A stretch of 64,000 nucleotides of DNA from Ptychomitrium polyphyllum (GCA_973851085.1 OZ316775.1:1612001-1676000); one strand, 5' to 3'. Shown: positions 39,360-52,958, counted from the stretch's first letter. Made by a program: numbers and translations. Notes: generated by a model from the letters alone, not told the origin.

Positions 39360-40347
39360 GTTGGATCCTTGTCACTTGCATGCTCTTTGGGATGTTTAGT
39401 GAGAACAATTCCCAAACATTTCTCGTGCTCTTAAGTATTGAACCTTATGGATATAGGTGAGAGTCTACCATGGTAGACCCAATTGCTCGTCATTCCTTCA
39501 TAATGACATACTTTAAAGTTGACAGCATCTAGACAGCAATTTTCTGTACAGTCACGACTGTTATGATGAACTGCACAATTCTGGTAGGGTTGATTTGGAG
39601 TTGGCTGAAAGGATCTAAACTTTTAGGTTGAGATTCAGCTTTGTGTATAGACCATATAATAATCACCAGAGTAAATCAATTTTTATCGGGCACGTAATTA
39701 TGCATCGCTGAATTCTTCTTCAAGGTTCCATCGATCAAGACACCCTATCAATCAAATGTAGTGTGTAGTGGGGGAGATGCAGTAGAAAACCTGCCGTGGA
39801 TGACTGGTTTTTGACCTAGCTTACATAGAAAGGCCATGTTTGTGGACATGCGTCGATCGATCATTATGTTACTGTAACAGACTTCAAGAGCATAATGTAA
39901 TGTTGATAATGACTTCTGACTGTATGTCTGTGTTTGTTAGAAAGCAAAAATTCAAAGAAGATGAAGGAGAGCATGAGGCCAGCTCTGCTAGGTTTTACAT
40001 CTTATGATCAGTGGAAGCGTGTGATTGGTGAGCAAGGAGAGTTTGCTGGATTTACTTGTGATGTGTTTACTTTCATGCGCTCAGTTATCTTGCCAGAACC
40101 AATTGAGTGACAGGTATAAAGTATGTTTGAAGATTGTTTAAAGATACAACGGTAGTGTTTATAATTGGGAATTAATCGTAACATTCTTTAGCTGGATAAC
40201 CTGAACCATGAACAGAAACAGTATTAAAATACTCCTCCATTTCTTCACTTTTTCTTTTCACTTGTTCATTTTTCTTTCTAATTCTTCTTTTAAGTGTCAT
40301 TTCTTCTTTTAAGTGCCAAACTTTGCTAAACATTGTCTACAATAAAG

Positions 40348-40429
40348 AATTTGGCCTAGAGCTTGATGTTCCATTATAGAAGTGGTCCAATTTGGCCTAG
40401 AGCTTGATGTTCCATTATAGAAGTGGTCC
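40348..40429. repeat. Perfect 41-bp tandem duplication
   Basis: aatttggcctagagcttgatgttccattatagaagtggtcc x2, at the start of an AT-rich intergenic block. Confidence 0.95.
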
Positions 40430-41527
40430 AAGGTTAAGTCATTTAGTTTGTAAAGGAATCAAAATAAGATTTTATAAATAAATGATCTTGCAAGGAAAAA
40501 AGAAAAATTAGGCAATATTTTGAATATTAATTGAAAGATTACTTGGAAATGTTGAATCTTTTTATTACATTTATAATTTAGTATATAAAAACGAAGATGG
40601 TTTTATTTGTAATGATAAAATGTTTTAATTTTGATAGTGTAGTTAAGCTTTATTGCAAAGGTGTATGAAAGATATATATTTTTCTTCAAACACCATAATC
40701 TTCATATTCATGGAAGTAAATTTTTACATATCAACCTTTTACATTTTTTTTATAGATACTGTGATGAAAGTTGCAGTAGAACAGTTATGGAGTGTTTTTT
40801 TTTTAGTAAAATTGAGTCAATTGTGGCAATTTCCTCATTCAAGAGTCTTACAATATTAATATGAAAATGTAGGCTTTTAGTTAACTATTATTACCTCAAT
40901 TATCTCATCAATAAATTCTAAAACATCTTTATACACATGAACATACGCTATTGATGTCTTTTGAAGGTACTAAAGGCACAAACATTTGACATGTCAGTAT
41001 TCGAAAATTAATCAATATTAGGATACTGATAATTACAATAAGTAATAATGATATACTTTGATTATCGTTGTATAAACAAATAAAATTGAACATAAACGTT
41101 ATAGAAGCAAAATAATAAAATAAAATTTGTGCTACTGCAGGAACTCGAAAAATTCAAATCTAGGTTTGTTGTTTTTACATGAGATTTAATCGAAGATAAT
41201 GAGATGATTTGTGTGTCGCATTGTTTCAGCAGCAAGAAGACAAAGTCGTCACTCACAAAAAACAGTCTCGCATAGTGCGACTCTTTGTAGTATCAGAAGT
41301 AGTTTATTCCTGAACCTATGAAACTGACTTTGATATGCTGCACGCCTAGGTTATCTGGCGAATATGGTCGTGTCCAGATTCATTGGTTTTATAAAACGAA
41401 AGGCAGATATCCTCAGTGCCCTTGAGACGCTTCTGATATTTGTGAAGACTTTTCCCACGTTCTTGAGTTTAGGGAATGGTCGATAATACAAAGAGCAGAA
41501 GTTCAGAATCTGCCTGACAAGCATTTG

Positions 41528-43582
41528 TTACATTTGAACATCCTCAGACTCTTTTGCATCTTCAATACTAGCAAGGAACTCGTCACTAAATATTTGCATC
41601 GTAGAAATATCTGGAGCTTTTGCCTTCTTAAGTAGCAAACGCTCTAAAATTGGAACAGTGTGTTTGTTACCGGTATGCCGCGAGCAGAACTCAGCTTCCA
41701 ATATTTTTCTGTTCTGTGGGGATATATCACCGTGCGTTCCCTAAGATAAATAAAACACACCGGTACAAGGTGGCATTAAGTTAGTCAACTGAAGTGCATG
41801 AAGAATCTTGACTGATTACAGTCTATCAACAGAAACCTATCACTCCAGGATGTTTGAAACATATAAATCAGCCAGAGAAGCATGCCTCGCCACTGGGACT
41901 ACAAACATCAGTCTTTCAAAACGCGTACGCTTTCTATGTAAGATTCTTGTACTGCGAAAGAACGAGTGGTGGGAGAGTAAGTTATCCGGCGGAAATGCTT
42001 TGAACGCCAATCTCAAAACTCAGCAAATCGCTCTTTCAAACTGAAAATGAAAAGAAATTAGGCTTACAGAGCGGGTAATTCTGTCGCGAGCAGCATGATA
42101 CATAAGTATTCCAGCAGCAACTGAGACATTGAAAGACTCCACCATGCCCACCATAGGAATATAGCACCGGATATCAGACTGTTTTATTGCTTCCTCACTT
42201 GCACCCCTGCAAAAAAGAACGATCTCTATGATTACACAAAAAACTTCAAAGCTACAGTAGACAACATACACTCGCTGATCCAAGAGAAAAGCTGCACGCT
42301 TGTATGAGGGTAATCGGTTAACGCTGAATGACCTACTGACCAACAACAACATGCAAGAAAGAGGAGCTATTAATACATAAGGTTTGCACCACGACTAACA
42401 CATCAAATCATATGTGTCCTATCTTATGTTCTGAACGTGAATAGTAAAAAGTTATTTTCGAAGCTTGTTTTCAGTGCATTCTCCAAACTCACTTGCACTC
42501 AGTACCCAAGAAAACAGCTGTTGGTATTGTCCAGTCCATATCATGTATAGAAACCTGTCATTCACAGCCACAATCAGAATAGAAATGAAAAACATAAATT
42601 CAAATAATCTTTCAAATACGAAGTAAAGGCTTGAGCAAAGTCGTCAAAGCTACTACACACAAAGTTTAGTTTCATAGGAACTCACTGTGTCAGGTGCTAT
42701 ATGTGTGACAGCAATTCGATAGCCCCGTTTTCGTAAAGTAGCGATACAATCGCTTAAATTCTCCCACATTTCTGCATCCAACCACTTTTCCGTACACCTA
42801 CTCACTTTCCGGTTCTTCTTGTACCTGCCAAATATCCCAGTCGAAGCCACATGACGAGCAGCATAAGCACTCCAAAATTGTATAAATAGAACTGCCAACT
42901 GTTCCAAGCAACGTGCGAGTCTAGAAGCGATACTCTTAGGTCTGAAATGAAGAATGTTGCTATTGAGATGATGTGGACACAATTCTCCGAAGATTCTCAC
43001 TTGCTAAGAAGCGTACAAGTGGGAAAATATAAATTCCTAGAGTATATATCTAATCATGATGTAACATTTTCTGTACGATATCAATATGTAAACAGTTATC
43101 AATGAGACCACTCCACTTTATGATACGTGCACACAAGCGTTATGGCATCTGAAAGAGTGCAGGGAAGAACCTCACTTCTTCGTAGAATCGTTACTTATAA
43201 CGTGAACGGATTGAAATCCAAGAGCATCAGCTGAGCGGAAGACGGCAGCGATGTTGCCAAGTTCCAAAAGCCCCTCAACCGCAATACATACAGAATATGT
43301 ACGATTTGAAATAATCTCCTTGATCCTTTGCTTACGTTCATCAGCTAAGTATGGAGACAGAGTTGAGATTACTTCAGAACTTGTCAAAGTCTTCTCGTCG
43401 ACCTTGAAACAATCATCATACGGGAACCACCGCTGAATAGTCCCAGTGGTGGACAAATTCGGGTTTTCCAATGTGCTCGTCTCTTGTGAGCTAGTTGAGC
43501 TACCAGCTATTTCGTCATACCGGCTCTCTAAATTTTCTTCACTCATGCTATCATTTACCCTGTGACCTGGCATCCCTGTCAT
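41528..43582 (-). CDS. SpoU/TrmH (SPOUT) tRNA/rRNA 2'-O-methyltransferase family protein
   Basis: Exons at about 43582-43176, 42824-42686, 42554-42494, 42206-42068 and 41740-41528. They give ERKQRIKEIISNRTYSVCIAVEGLLELGNIAAVFRSADALG (motif 1), DWTIPTAVFLGTECKGASEEAIKQSDIRCYIPMVGMVESFNVSVAAGILMY (motifs 2 and 3) and GTHGDISP. The start codon is uncertain. Confidence 0.9.
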
Positions 43583-44869
43583 TCTTAATTTTGTTAGTGT
43601 TCTGGATGATGCTCCTCCTCAACCATCACCTTCTCTTATACTAGTTTTAGCACCTGTACTATAACCGCCAGAGAGCCTAGGTTGCAACGGGAAAAACGCG
43701 GCTGGACTGTGCAGTAATACCTTACCAGCAACGCTCTTTGTTTTTTAACAAAACTACTGTCATACTACCCTAGATACAGAATTCCAGACAGTGCAGCTGT
43801 CAGAAACGCTCATAATCTACAGAGCCACTCACAGCTCTCTAAATGTGTTCTCAGATTGAGCCCTGACCTAAGACAGCAACACAAATAAATTTGCAACCGC
43901 TTGCTCCTGAGGCGCTCACTATTGGAGACGTATACAACAGCAAATCATACGCCCTTGAGAAAACTATTTCCATCTCCACATTGAACTACTAACCGAAAAT
44001 TTCTAAAGTGCAAACAAGCACTCTTAAAGACGAAAATCTAAATGACACAAGCAAGATCATCAAGCTCAAACACGATACAAAAACCGACGCCATTTGACTA
44101 CGACAGTTCTGTTTCCTATCTTAAATCTTTAACGCCAAATCAAAAACCTAAACATTTGTTTACTGGATAAACAGAAAGTCCATAAAACTTGCATGCACAT
44201 TCCACTTTAGCTGCAAAGTTTCTTAACGATAAGGAACATTGGCTTCCTCAAAACTCTGACGAAAATGTTACCATTCTAAAACGCGCCTCCTACTAACCAA
44301 ATGAAAAATGTATTTCAAAACACCTAACCTTAAGGAAACGGCACAATTTGTTCTCAGCTGCCAAAACCAGACACAGCAGCTCCAAATTCAACAGAAACTA
44401 ATCTGCAATGTTCTCGCTGAGAATCTGAAAATGAAAACTCAAGAGAAACAAGAGCGCCGCGTACCACTGTGCTGAAAAACTCGCTGGCGATGGCGTGAGA
44501 ACGCTTCACTCCGCGATGATTGCACTCTTCGTCAAGAATGCGAAATGGAGTTTCAAGCCGGAGTGGAAAAGGCGATTCGCGGTTGCACGATCCACTCCCT
44601 CTCTCGCATCGTTCGTATTCCGTTCGAAAGTCAGTCAACAGGGTAACGAACTTCGGTGAGTCGGTGTGCACATTTCGACAAACGAGACCTCTCTACGACC
44701 GCGGGTTTCAGGTGGTTTCGTTAGTTGTGCGCGTTTGGACGAAGGAAAATTTCGAATCTTTCGTTAGGGTGGACGGAGGACAGGGTCGTCTCTCTCGTAA
44801 CGACAATGAGCTCAGGTTAAACAAGATTGCAAGCCTGGCGAGGGTCATTGCTTTTGAGATAACAGCTGC

Positions 44870-44953
44870 ATACAAAACGGGTATCATATCAATATCAAAC
44901 AGGTATTGCTTAGAAATCACAAGAGTATAACCTAGGTATATATCAGTACATCA
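44870..44953. repeat. Second degenerate 11-bp-period GTATCA array
   Basis: Consecutive 11-mers from 44881: gtatcatatca, atatcaaacag, gtattgcttag, aaatcacaaga, gtataacctag, then gtatatatca. Confidence 0.5.
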
Positions 44954-45672
44954 AAATCTCGACATCCCCTGCACTTGTGATTAAAGCTGCTGTGCCAGAA
45001 GTCGAGCTCAAAGAGTCCCTGCACAATGTCTAAACTGCAAGAAGCGTGTCATGTTAAGCTCACATGTCATTGTATGGACTCAACTTGCAGGCTTGCAGCA
45101 CGTCTGAACTCTGGTGTTGATTTTATCAGGTATTTTCTTGCCTGTTGTAATCAGATATCTTATCCAATCATATTTCTTAGATAACAACAGAGGAAGAAAG
45201 AGAATGGCACTGCCAACAACTTCATTTAGCATTTCACCGAAGAAAAATTTATGAGGAGAGATTAAAATAGTACATAAAAGTCACACGCTGAAGCCGTCCA
45301 AGAATTTATCATGGATAGGTAAATTTTCTTTCGTTGGAGAGTCCTTTCGGAGATGATCATTAGCGCCGCCAAATTTTAAGGTTGTAATGAGAGAGAAGTG
45401 GACACTAAATTATCACAGGAGGCGATTATTTATACAGGCTGTAGGTTTGCTGTGTTTCTGTGATGAGCTTGAGGGATATTGTACATTCTTTCATGAAGTC
45501 CAGGCTACCACTTGAGGTTTACATCTTGCACAATTTTCTGTGCTCTTGCTGTATACCTTAAGGTCGACGAAGAGGAGGATTTCTCTGTTGTTTCTTGAGG
45601 TGCTTGAGTGCAGAGTTTGCTTAGGGGTAGGCTTGCAAGTTAATTTGTACGTGTGCTGTTGTTTGTCGAACC

Positions 45673-47151
45673 ATGGAGAGCGAGAAGGAGAAGACGTTGA
45701 TATGCTTTGACGCAAACAACTGGCTCGATCGTATTTTTTGGAACAACAAGGCGGATTTGCAGTTCAATAGCAATCCTTGGGAAAGTCTGCAATATTCTGA
45801 CCGCACTGTTGCTACATTTGTAAAAGCGGCTCGTAACTCCAATTACGAGCTTGTGGCTGTTGCTACCGGCGTCCCTAGTAGTCATAAGGTTCGTGAAACG
45901 TATCGATGGCGGCGGGAGCAGGAAATTCATGATGAGAGAAGAGGTGTTTGCCTGGGAGCGACTTTGTTTCTCCAAGAGTCCTTCGAGAAGCAAGGCGTGC
46001 GCGTGGTAAGGCCAATAAATGCAGATGTAAACGACGTTCTGGCAGCGATCGCGGATTCAGTACATAATCCCAAAGGCGCTGTCATAGTGAGCAGGAATCG
46101 AAGTTTTTTCCGCTACAACAAAGCGATTCCTGTTTGCAGAGGGTTTACTGTGCGCAAAGGCAAGCTCATTTTGGAACCTGCGGTGACCACAAATGATCTT
46201 TGGTGTCCAATGAGAAACACTCTCATAGTGCAGCCTTTTCTTGCGCTCGTTGCCACGAGTGATGAAAAGAAATGGTCACAGCAGGGTCACAGTTCTTTCT
46301 ACCGACCCGGCCTCAGGAAGGAAGGCACGATTGAACGTGGTTCGACCAGTTCCAGCGACATGAAAATGGGGAATCTACATGCGCTTGCGCGCCCTCTGTA
46401 TGCCGCGGTGTATGCCATCCTGGATGAGCATTTGGCACTAGAGATAATCCCAGAGTGGAACAAAGACGAGAAGATGGTAGTGTGGACCGAGACCAAAGTA
46501 GTTGCAGATCCTACACTGAGCCCAGTGCTCAAACCCCCGCTAGCTGTGGTCGAATGGCTAGTAGAGCGAGACACTCTTGTCCTGGAGTTGGAGCCATGGC
46601 GAAAAGCAGAACGAATGTTCAATATATGTGCACTAGCTGCAGAACTAGTTTCTGTTTCATCGCAAGGTGCTTGGACTATGCACAAATGCATGGAATTATT
46701 TTCGAAGGATGCTGAAATCATCAAGAGAACCACAGGTCATTGTACTCCCTCATCGCCTCCCGGAAGCATAAGTGTGAAGAGAGAAGCTGCTTCTGGAGTT
46801 ATTGTTACCGACAAGCTGGTTCTGACTTCCCATATAGTTCAAGACGTAAGTTCTTCATTGACAGATGTGGTATTTTCGTATTTTCCAATGTGCTTAGCAT
46901 GAACGCTTCAAGTAAACAACATCTGAGCCTTTCACAGTTGATCGATTATTTACTCTGGTTTGCAGGCACGCGGAAACCTATCTCCAATTCAGGTCTGCGA
47001 GACTCAAGTACCATACATAATGGAAACAATGCAGCATCAGAAGTTGATGCCGAATGTGCTGCCAGAGTCATTTGCTACATCTGAGCAGACTGAGGGTGCT
47101 GCAGCACGAGTTAGGTCAGTGCTGTCCCACATTCAAAGCCTCATACTCTGA
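45673..47151 (+). CDS. Divergent PIN-like (XPG/FEN1/Asteroid-type) domain protein, probably catalytically degenerate
   Basis: 391-codon first exon (45673-46845, GT donor) splices in frame to an exon starting at 46966. Motif order LICFDANNWL .. YELVAVATG .. KVRETYRWRRE .. FEKQGVRVVRPINADVNDVLAAIA .. AVIVSRNRSFFRY follows the PIN/XPG-I pattern. The 3' end is uncertain: stop at 47151, or a splice at 47114 to 47679. Confidence 0.65.
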
Positions 47152-50039
47152 TTGTGATTAGCGTCCTATCTAGTCCACCTTGACATTATTTTGTAGAGCG
47201 TTATTGTATTGTGTTTTAGAGTCGTGGCTATCTGTGCACACTCTGATGAGCCGTTCATAAACCTAATTCGGAAACATTACCAATGCTGAGGAACATTTTA
47301 GTGCTCTTGTCGAAAGTGAGGATGCTACTTGTTTTAGTTCAATCTCATAACGCATGTTACAGTAAGCCTATTAACGAGGGATTGTGATCATCGTCAGGGA
47401 ATCTATATTCGGCAGTGGGCGTCATAGGTTGGAGGTATGGAAAAATCCTCTCCGACCTGTTTAATAGCTTCATAATGTTCTTTAAGCAGAACATCACTGC
47501 TTGATCAATTCTATCCAGTATATTTGTTACATTTTGGAGTCTAGAATGTTGCTCAAACTGGAGTTCTGGACAAAACTTCTTTGTGTTGCAATTTTGCATA
47601 CAGTTTAATAGAAACAATAAGAAAATACTTTCACATGGATGTACACTTGATGCTGTGGTCCACTCTCACCTTCTGCAGGTTCTGAAGGAGCGAGGAGCGA
47701 GAAACGTGGATCTTTAAATTCTTCCTTGAAGACTCGGCTTTTTTGGTTTTTTTGCAAACAAGCTGCCATGCCGTTAGCATATATTTACTGTTGCCATGGA
47801 CAGTTTAGAATGGCACTTGATAGGATACTGCTTGCTTAGCATGTATTTACTTGAATTAGACACATAGCAAAGAAGCCTATATCACATATTGCCCCCGAAT
47901 TCATAATAATAATTTGCCGAGCAGCTATGTTTTCAAGCTCTAGTACTTGGAGCTAGTAGTTCGTTTTTGTAGACTCAAAAGCTTAAAGTTTCATTACGAG
48001 GCGATGCAGATGCAGCTCTTGCATTTGTCAAATCTTCTTGAATTAACTCAAATAGCAAAGGTTCTAACCTCTGCTATGATTTAACGTTGCAATGTTTGTG
48101 TGTAACGCACATTATATAAGGATGACATGCAAGAAACAGAACACCTGAAGAAATCGAAATGGCAAAACCGTAATCAATCTCATTGTGTTAAAAAGATAAA
48201 TAACAAACCGTAAATGATCTGTCTATCTAAGTTGCACCTGTGCAGATATGGACATCCAAAAGAGATGGTCAATCTTGGGTCAACTGCCGTTGTGCGTTCA
48301 AAACTGGCTTGGCACTAACAGTACATTACACAATTCTACTAAGTCTCACTGTCAGAGTGACCTATTTCAAATTTCACTGCATCGATATGTTCTTACATCT
48401 AGCATTTAATGAAGACAGCCCAGCTGACACAACTAACATTTTCAGCAGTTGCCGCAACTCACCCTCATCTTGGAAAGTGGGAAAAAGTGGGGAAAAGTAA
48501 CATGAGGGCGTGTGGCAGTGAATGAATAAAAGCATGCGTACAAATAAAATGGTATGGTACCTTTGAAGAAAGGGTGTTCAGAGGGGTCAGTGAAGAATGT
48601 TTAATCGAGCCGCCAAAGCAGGCTTGGTATACTACCCGCATAAATTTCTGAGGTCTGCACTCCCGAGCTCTTCGTTTCCTGCCCGAGCCTTGCCCGCCTC
48701 AGAGACATCCGAAGGTTCCTTATCCAGGTCGCTCATCCTCCTTCGTTTGTCCAGCCCGGCGCCGATCTTTCCCGTCCTCCTCTCTGCACCCCCGCACCCG
48801 CGCCTGCTCTCCCGAGCTCGCTGCCCCGCCATTTTGCTCATCGTCATTTTCTTCCTCACTCGTCCAGTGCTATCCTCCCCCTCTTGCTCTGTGAACTCCT
48901 TCCTTCTTTGCTGCTGGTTTGTCTCCGTCCATTTCTATTACATATTTTAGAGTACAGTCTTCAAGCTTCAAGCTACAGGTTTACTGTATACAACTCCTGA
49001 ATCAATGCACGAGCTCAAATGTGCATCAGAACGTCAAAGAAAGAGAAAGCTAAACCAAAATGTAGAATTCAAGAGAAAAGCTCCAAAGCTTATAGGTTAC
49101 TGGTACATGTTTCTTGCTCCTAGTTTCTTGTCAGGCGTGAGTTTCAGAACCGAGTAAAGCGCAAGGCAATAGCATAATCAGAGACAAACGTATACACTCA
49201 CTCAACTCCAATACTACTCTCGTAGTAGCTTGAAACATCTCCGAGGCTTACGAGACAATCCGATGCAAGCACACACAAGCGCATCACAAGTGGATCATGA
49301 TTTTAGCACACTGTCCAGACTGAGTCGAGATTCACCCGCATAACCGTTGATTTACTTCACAGGTTTACAACTCACGAGATTCTGTTTAAAATTTGAAACC
49401 CTAGTAGTCATTGAGCAAGTAGAGAATATGCACTAAGCAACCCCAGCAAAGTGACAGAGGATGCATCCTTGTGGTCCAATGTAAGAGGAGATTTTCATGT
49501 CCCCAATGGGAAGCATCTCTTATCACTTCCCTAGGGTTGCTTAAAGAAGTCCCCTGCTTGTGACAATATCGCTTCTGTATCACATACAGCACCTACTCTA
49601 GCTGTTGAAGATTGAGTTTAAGAAGTTCTCAAAACAAATCATAATTACATCTAGAAATCATAAGAGCTGTGAATTTCAGCTAGTGTTTTGAATCGGTTGT
49701 CTCTGTGCTGACACGAAAATTTATCCGTTCCACCGGATTGACTCATGGAGCTAATCACGAACTCGCAAGTCACGAATTCCTTCTGGCGCAGAGACATTCT
49801 AAAGGATAACTAAATCCAACATTTCTATACTCACATATAAGACCAAACATAAATCTGTGGAGGGGCCACAACAACACCACCATCACCTCAGTGCTTCAAA
49901 TTCCGGACCCTGCAAGCTTGAAGCTCATCTTCAAGAAGTCTGCAATAAGTGGGCTCCAGAGAGAAGGAATGGTGTCAAGATCCTTGTTATTCACTCTGCT
50001 GTCTGGTTGTGCAATCATGCAGTAACTGATGACTTAGTT

Positions 50040-51463
50040 CTAAAACACTCGAAGGGCCATCATAATATCCCAGACGATCTTGACAGGCTTGGTCATCCAT
50101 TGAGATGGTGGAATGTAGTTCGCAATCACACCCAAAAATCTTGCCACTGCAACTGTCGCCATCTACAAAACCCAAAAGTTACCCCTAGTTTGAACAAACT
50201 TCCATAACTGGCTCTACCTTTTGAACCCAAGATCAATAGAGCTATTTTTAAGCTCAACCATTTTTCACCCAACGACTCACCTGTGATCTCAACTCCTTCA
50301 CATCATTTATTTTTATGATTCAAGCACAAAGTCCAATACAAGAATGTTTCACCCACTTGATTAGCGCACATATTCTAACGCAAGAATTTTAGTCACTCAC
50401 CCGCTTTCTAAAGGAAATAGGGTGAGTTTACAGCTAACCCTAACATGTCAACAACACTGAAGTGGATGATTTTCTTTTAATTTAGGATTTGGAAACTGAC
50501 CACTTTCCATTGCCGTTCAAAGAAAGCATGGAGCTCTTCCCACACTTTGGTCTTCAAAATGGCTACTCTTTGCAAATCAGTAGGATCCACTTGCAAGATG
50601 CTGACAATCGGCTTCCTTAGATTGTGAGCCAACCACGCAATCGTGAGGTAGTCTAGAGCGTTAAAGGATTGCAGCATTCTCCTGAATACAGGTGGATTGG
50701 TGGAGAACACTGCCAGAATAGCTTCCAAGATGCGCACCCAGCCGAAAAACGCAAATGCAAAGACCAAGTAGTTGATGTCAATTGCAATGCGCGCTAGCTG
50801 ATCATGCTGCATTGTAAGCTCGGTTGCTGACCATTGATATACAGCTGCTACTCCGTCTTTTCTTTCAATCGAAGCAGTGCGTAGCTCTAGTACCTCCGGC
50901 TCCGGCTGCTTTTGACCCATCTTCAGTATGCCGACCACTCCCGCGATGTTGTTCATCACAAACTGCTTGCCCACATTTCCAATCCTGACCATGATCTTAT
51001 CCACTGTTTGCATTGAGAAAAGAGGGTAGATCTCTCGCAACTCTGTCTCATCGCCAGATAATCGAAACTCCGTCACATCCTCTGGGACCTCTGGGACTGG
51101 CTCAGTGGTATCAGACTCTACGGCTTCACCTTCCTGTGACTGCACTGTTTCCATCTTTGCATCTGGAGACCAGCCAACACTGCTCCCTGCAGCTGATCTG
51201 TTGCACATATGTGATTTCTTCGGAGCACTTAGGTTTTGCCGCATCGATGGTCGTAAACCGGAAAACTGGAAGTGCCGTCGCAGCAACTGTCTACCTCGTA
51301 AAGATGTTTTGCCTAATCTTTCTCTGCTGCTTGAGATGTTCGTGAAAGCCGAGGACGAAACTGCTGCAAAATGGATGGTGCCGGGGCGTTTCCTCGAACT
51401 CAAACACGCTCCAGGTTTAGAACGAATGTAGCTCTTGCATGGAAACTCCAGACCCAATTCCAT
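50040..51463 (-). CDS. Uncharacterised, probably plastid-targeted multi-pass membrane protein (361 aa, 2 coding exons)
   Basis: Exon 51463-50501 (321 codons) joins via a GT-AG intron to exon 50162-50040 (MATVAVARFLGVIANYIPPSQWMTKPVKIVWDIMMALRVF*). The N-terminus is Ser/Arg-rich and acid-poor like a transit peptide, followed by an acidic linker and hydrophobic helices. Confidence 0.75.
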
Positions 51464-52875
51464 CTTCCTCGTTGCCTAACCCTCTCGTGAGCAGCTTCAG
51501 CATTCCACCGCATGTATGTACACCGGTTCAATGTACATAACTTCAGCATTACCGAAAATAGCCATTGCACCCCAAACCGTAATCCCCTTAGCTAAAAGTA
51601 TTACTCCGTACCGAGCAAGGAAAACATAGTCACTGAATTAACAAATCATTCTAACTAGCACTACATAAATAAAATACCACCTTACTCTAACAGGAAGTCG
51701 CCTGCGAGAAGTAGCTCGCAGGCAGCACAAATCTCTACCTCTCTGTCCCGCCTCCGCCTCGATCATCGGTCGAAGCGACCAAGATCGACGATCCTTACAT
51801 AAAATCCAATACAAAAACACTCACCACGTCATACCTAGGCAAGTAACCCTTGTATCCAAACCCCCTCAATACTGGATCGCAATCGAAACACAAAAACTTA
51901 CAAAACCTCTCTATCTCTACAATTCATCTTTGAGCACCAGTAAACAATCAGGCTTTCCCCATTAACTCGACAATAATCGCCTATTCTTGAGAACTATCCC
52001 AGATGATCCAACATCCTACACCCTCCCTAATCTGAGCCTCATACACGCAAGACACTACCAAGTATAATCATTCCATACCTCACTTGCGTCAAGGTTCGAA
52101 ACGACTCAGTACAAAAGATGACTGGAAGTAACTGCACAGCTGAGAACAACAAGGGCAGTTGCGGTGAGGCAACCTACCTGACGAGTTTTCGTGAGGCGTG
52201 ATGTGCTGTGTGCATGCAACTCGAAGCGCAAAAGTCTGTCAAAGTGGTTGTTTTCGCAAACGCCAACAGTCGCCAAAAAGCGGCAGCTTGGGAGCGGTTG
52301 TCGTCTCCTTGGAAGTTGCGGTCGGATCCATGTGGCTGCTGCCGACGCCGTCCTGGCCGAACGTCGGAAACAGATTCTCTCGCGCTCTCTGTTTTCCTCT
52401 ACTTTCCCCTTTTCACACCGCTACTCGCTTAGCATATGAGAGTGCATCCTTGGAAAATAAACGTCTCCCTCCCTCTGGTAACGGGCTTAGTAAATTCTTG
52501 GAAGTAGATGTCTTCCAATGGTAAGGAGCTTCCTGAATGAAACAAAAAATTTCAAAATAGATATCTTCTAATGGTTTAAACAAGTTCTCCTATATTTTTT
52601 GAAGAGATTTTTTGAAAAGTAGGTAAGAAGGTGCACAAATTCTTGAGCTATACTGGATGTTATATTGGACGCTTGTATAAGAGATTTTGATGTTAGTCTT
52701 TAAAGTGATTGGAAGGAAGCATATGGATGAAAAAGTTATCTGTATGGACCAATAATTGTTTAATCAATATACAAAATAAATCAAGAGTAGAGGTTTTGAA
52801 GAGGAAAGAACTTGAAATTAGAATTAGAGTAAAAAACATTTTGCCATCTTGTATGCATTTTTCAAATTTAAGAAT

Positions 52876-52958
52876 CATATCAAAATTATCTATTACATAT
52901 CAAAATTATCTATTACATATCCAAATTATCTATTACATATCCAAATTATCTATTACAT
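52876..52958. repeat. 20-bp tandem repeat (CATATC(A/C)AAATTATCTATTA x ~4)
   Basis: Read directly from the sequence. Confidence 0.9.

Noticed and set aside
43583..43655. In-frame TGA a few codons upstream of the SpoU start Met, suggesting a nonsense mutation or readthrough
   Set aside because: The candidate upstream exon (donor near 43726) also has stops in that frame, so this is most simply 5' UTR.
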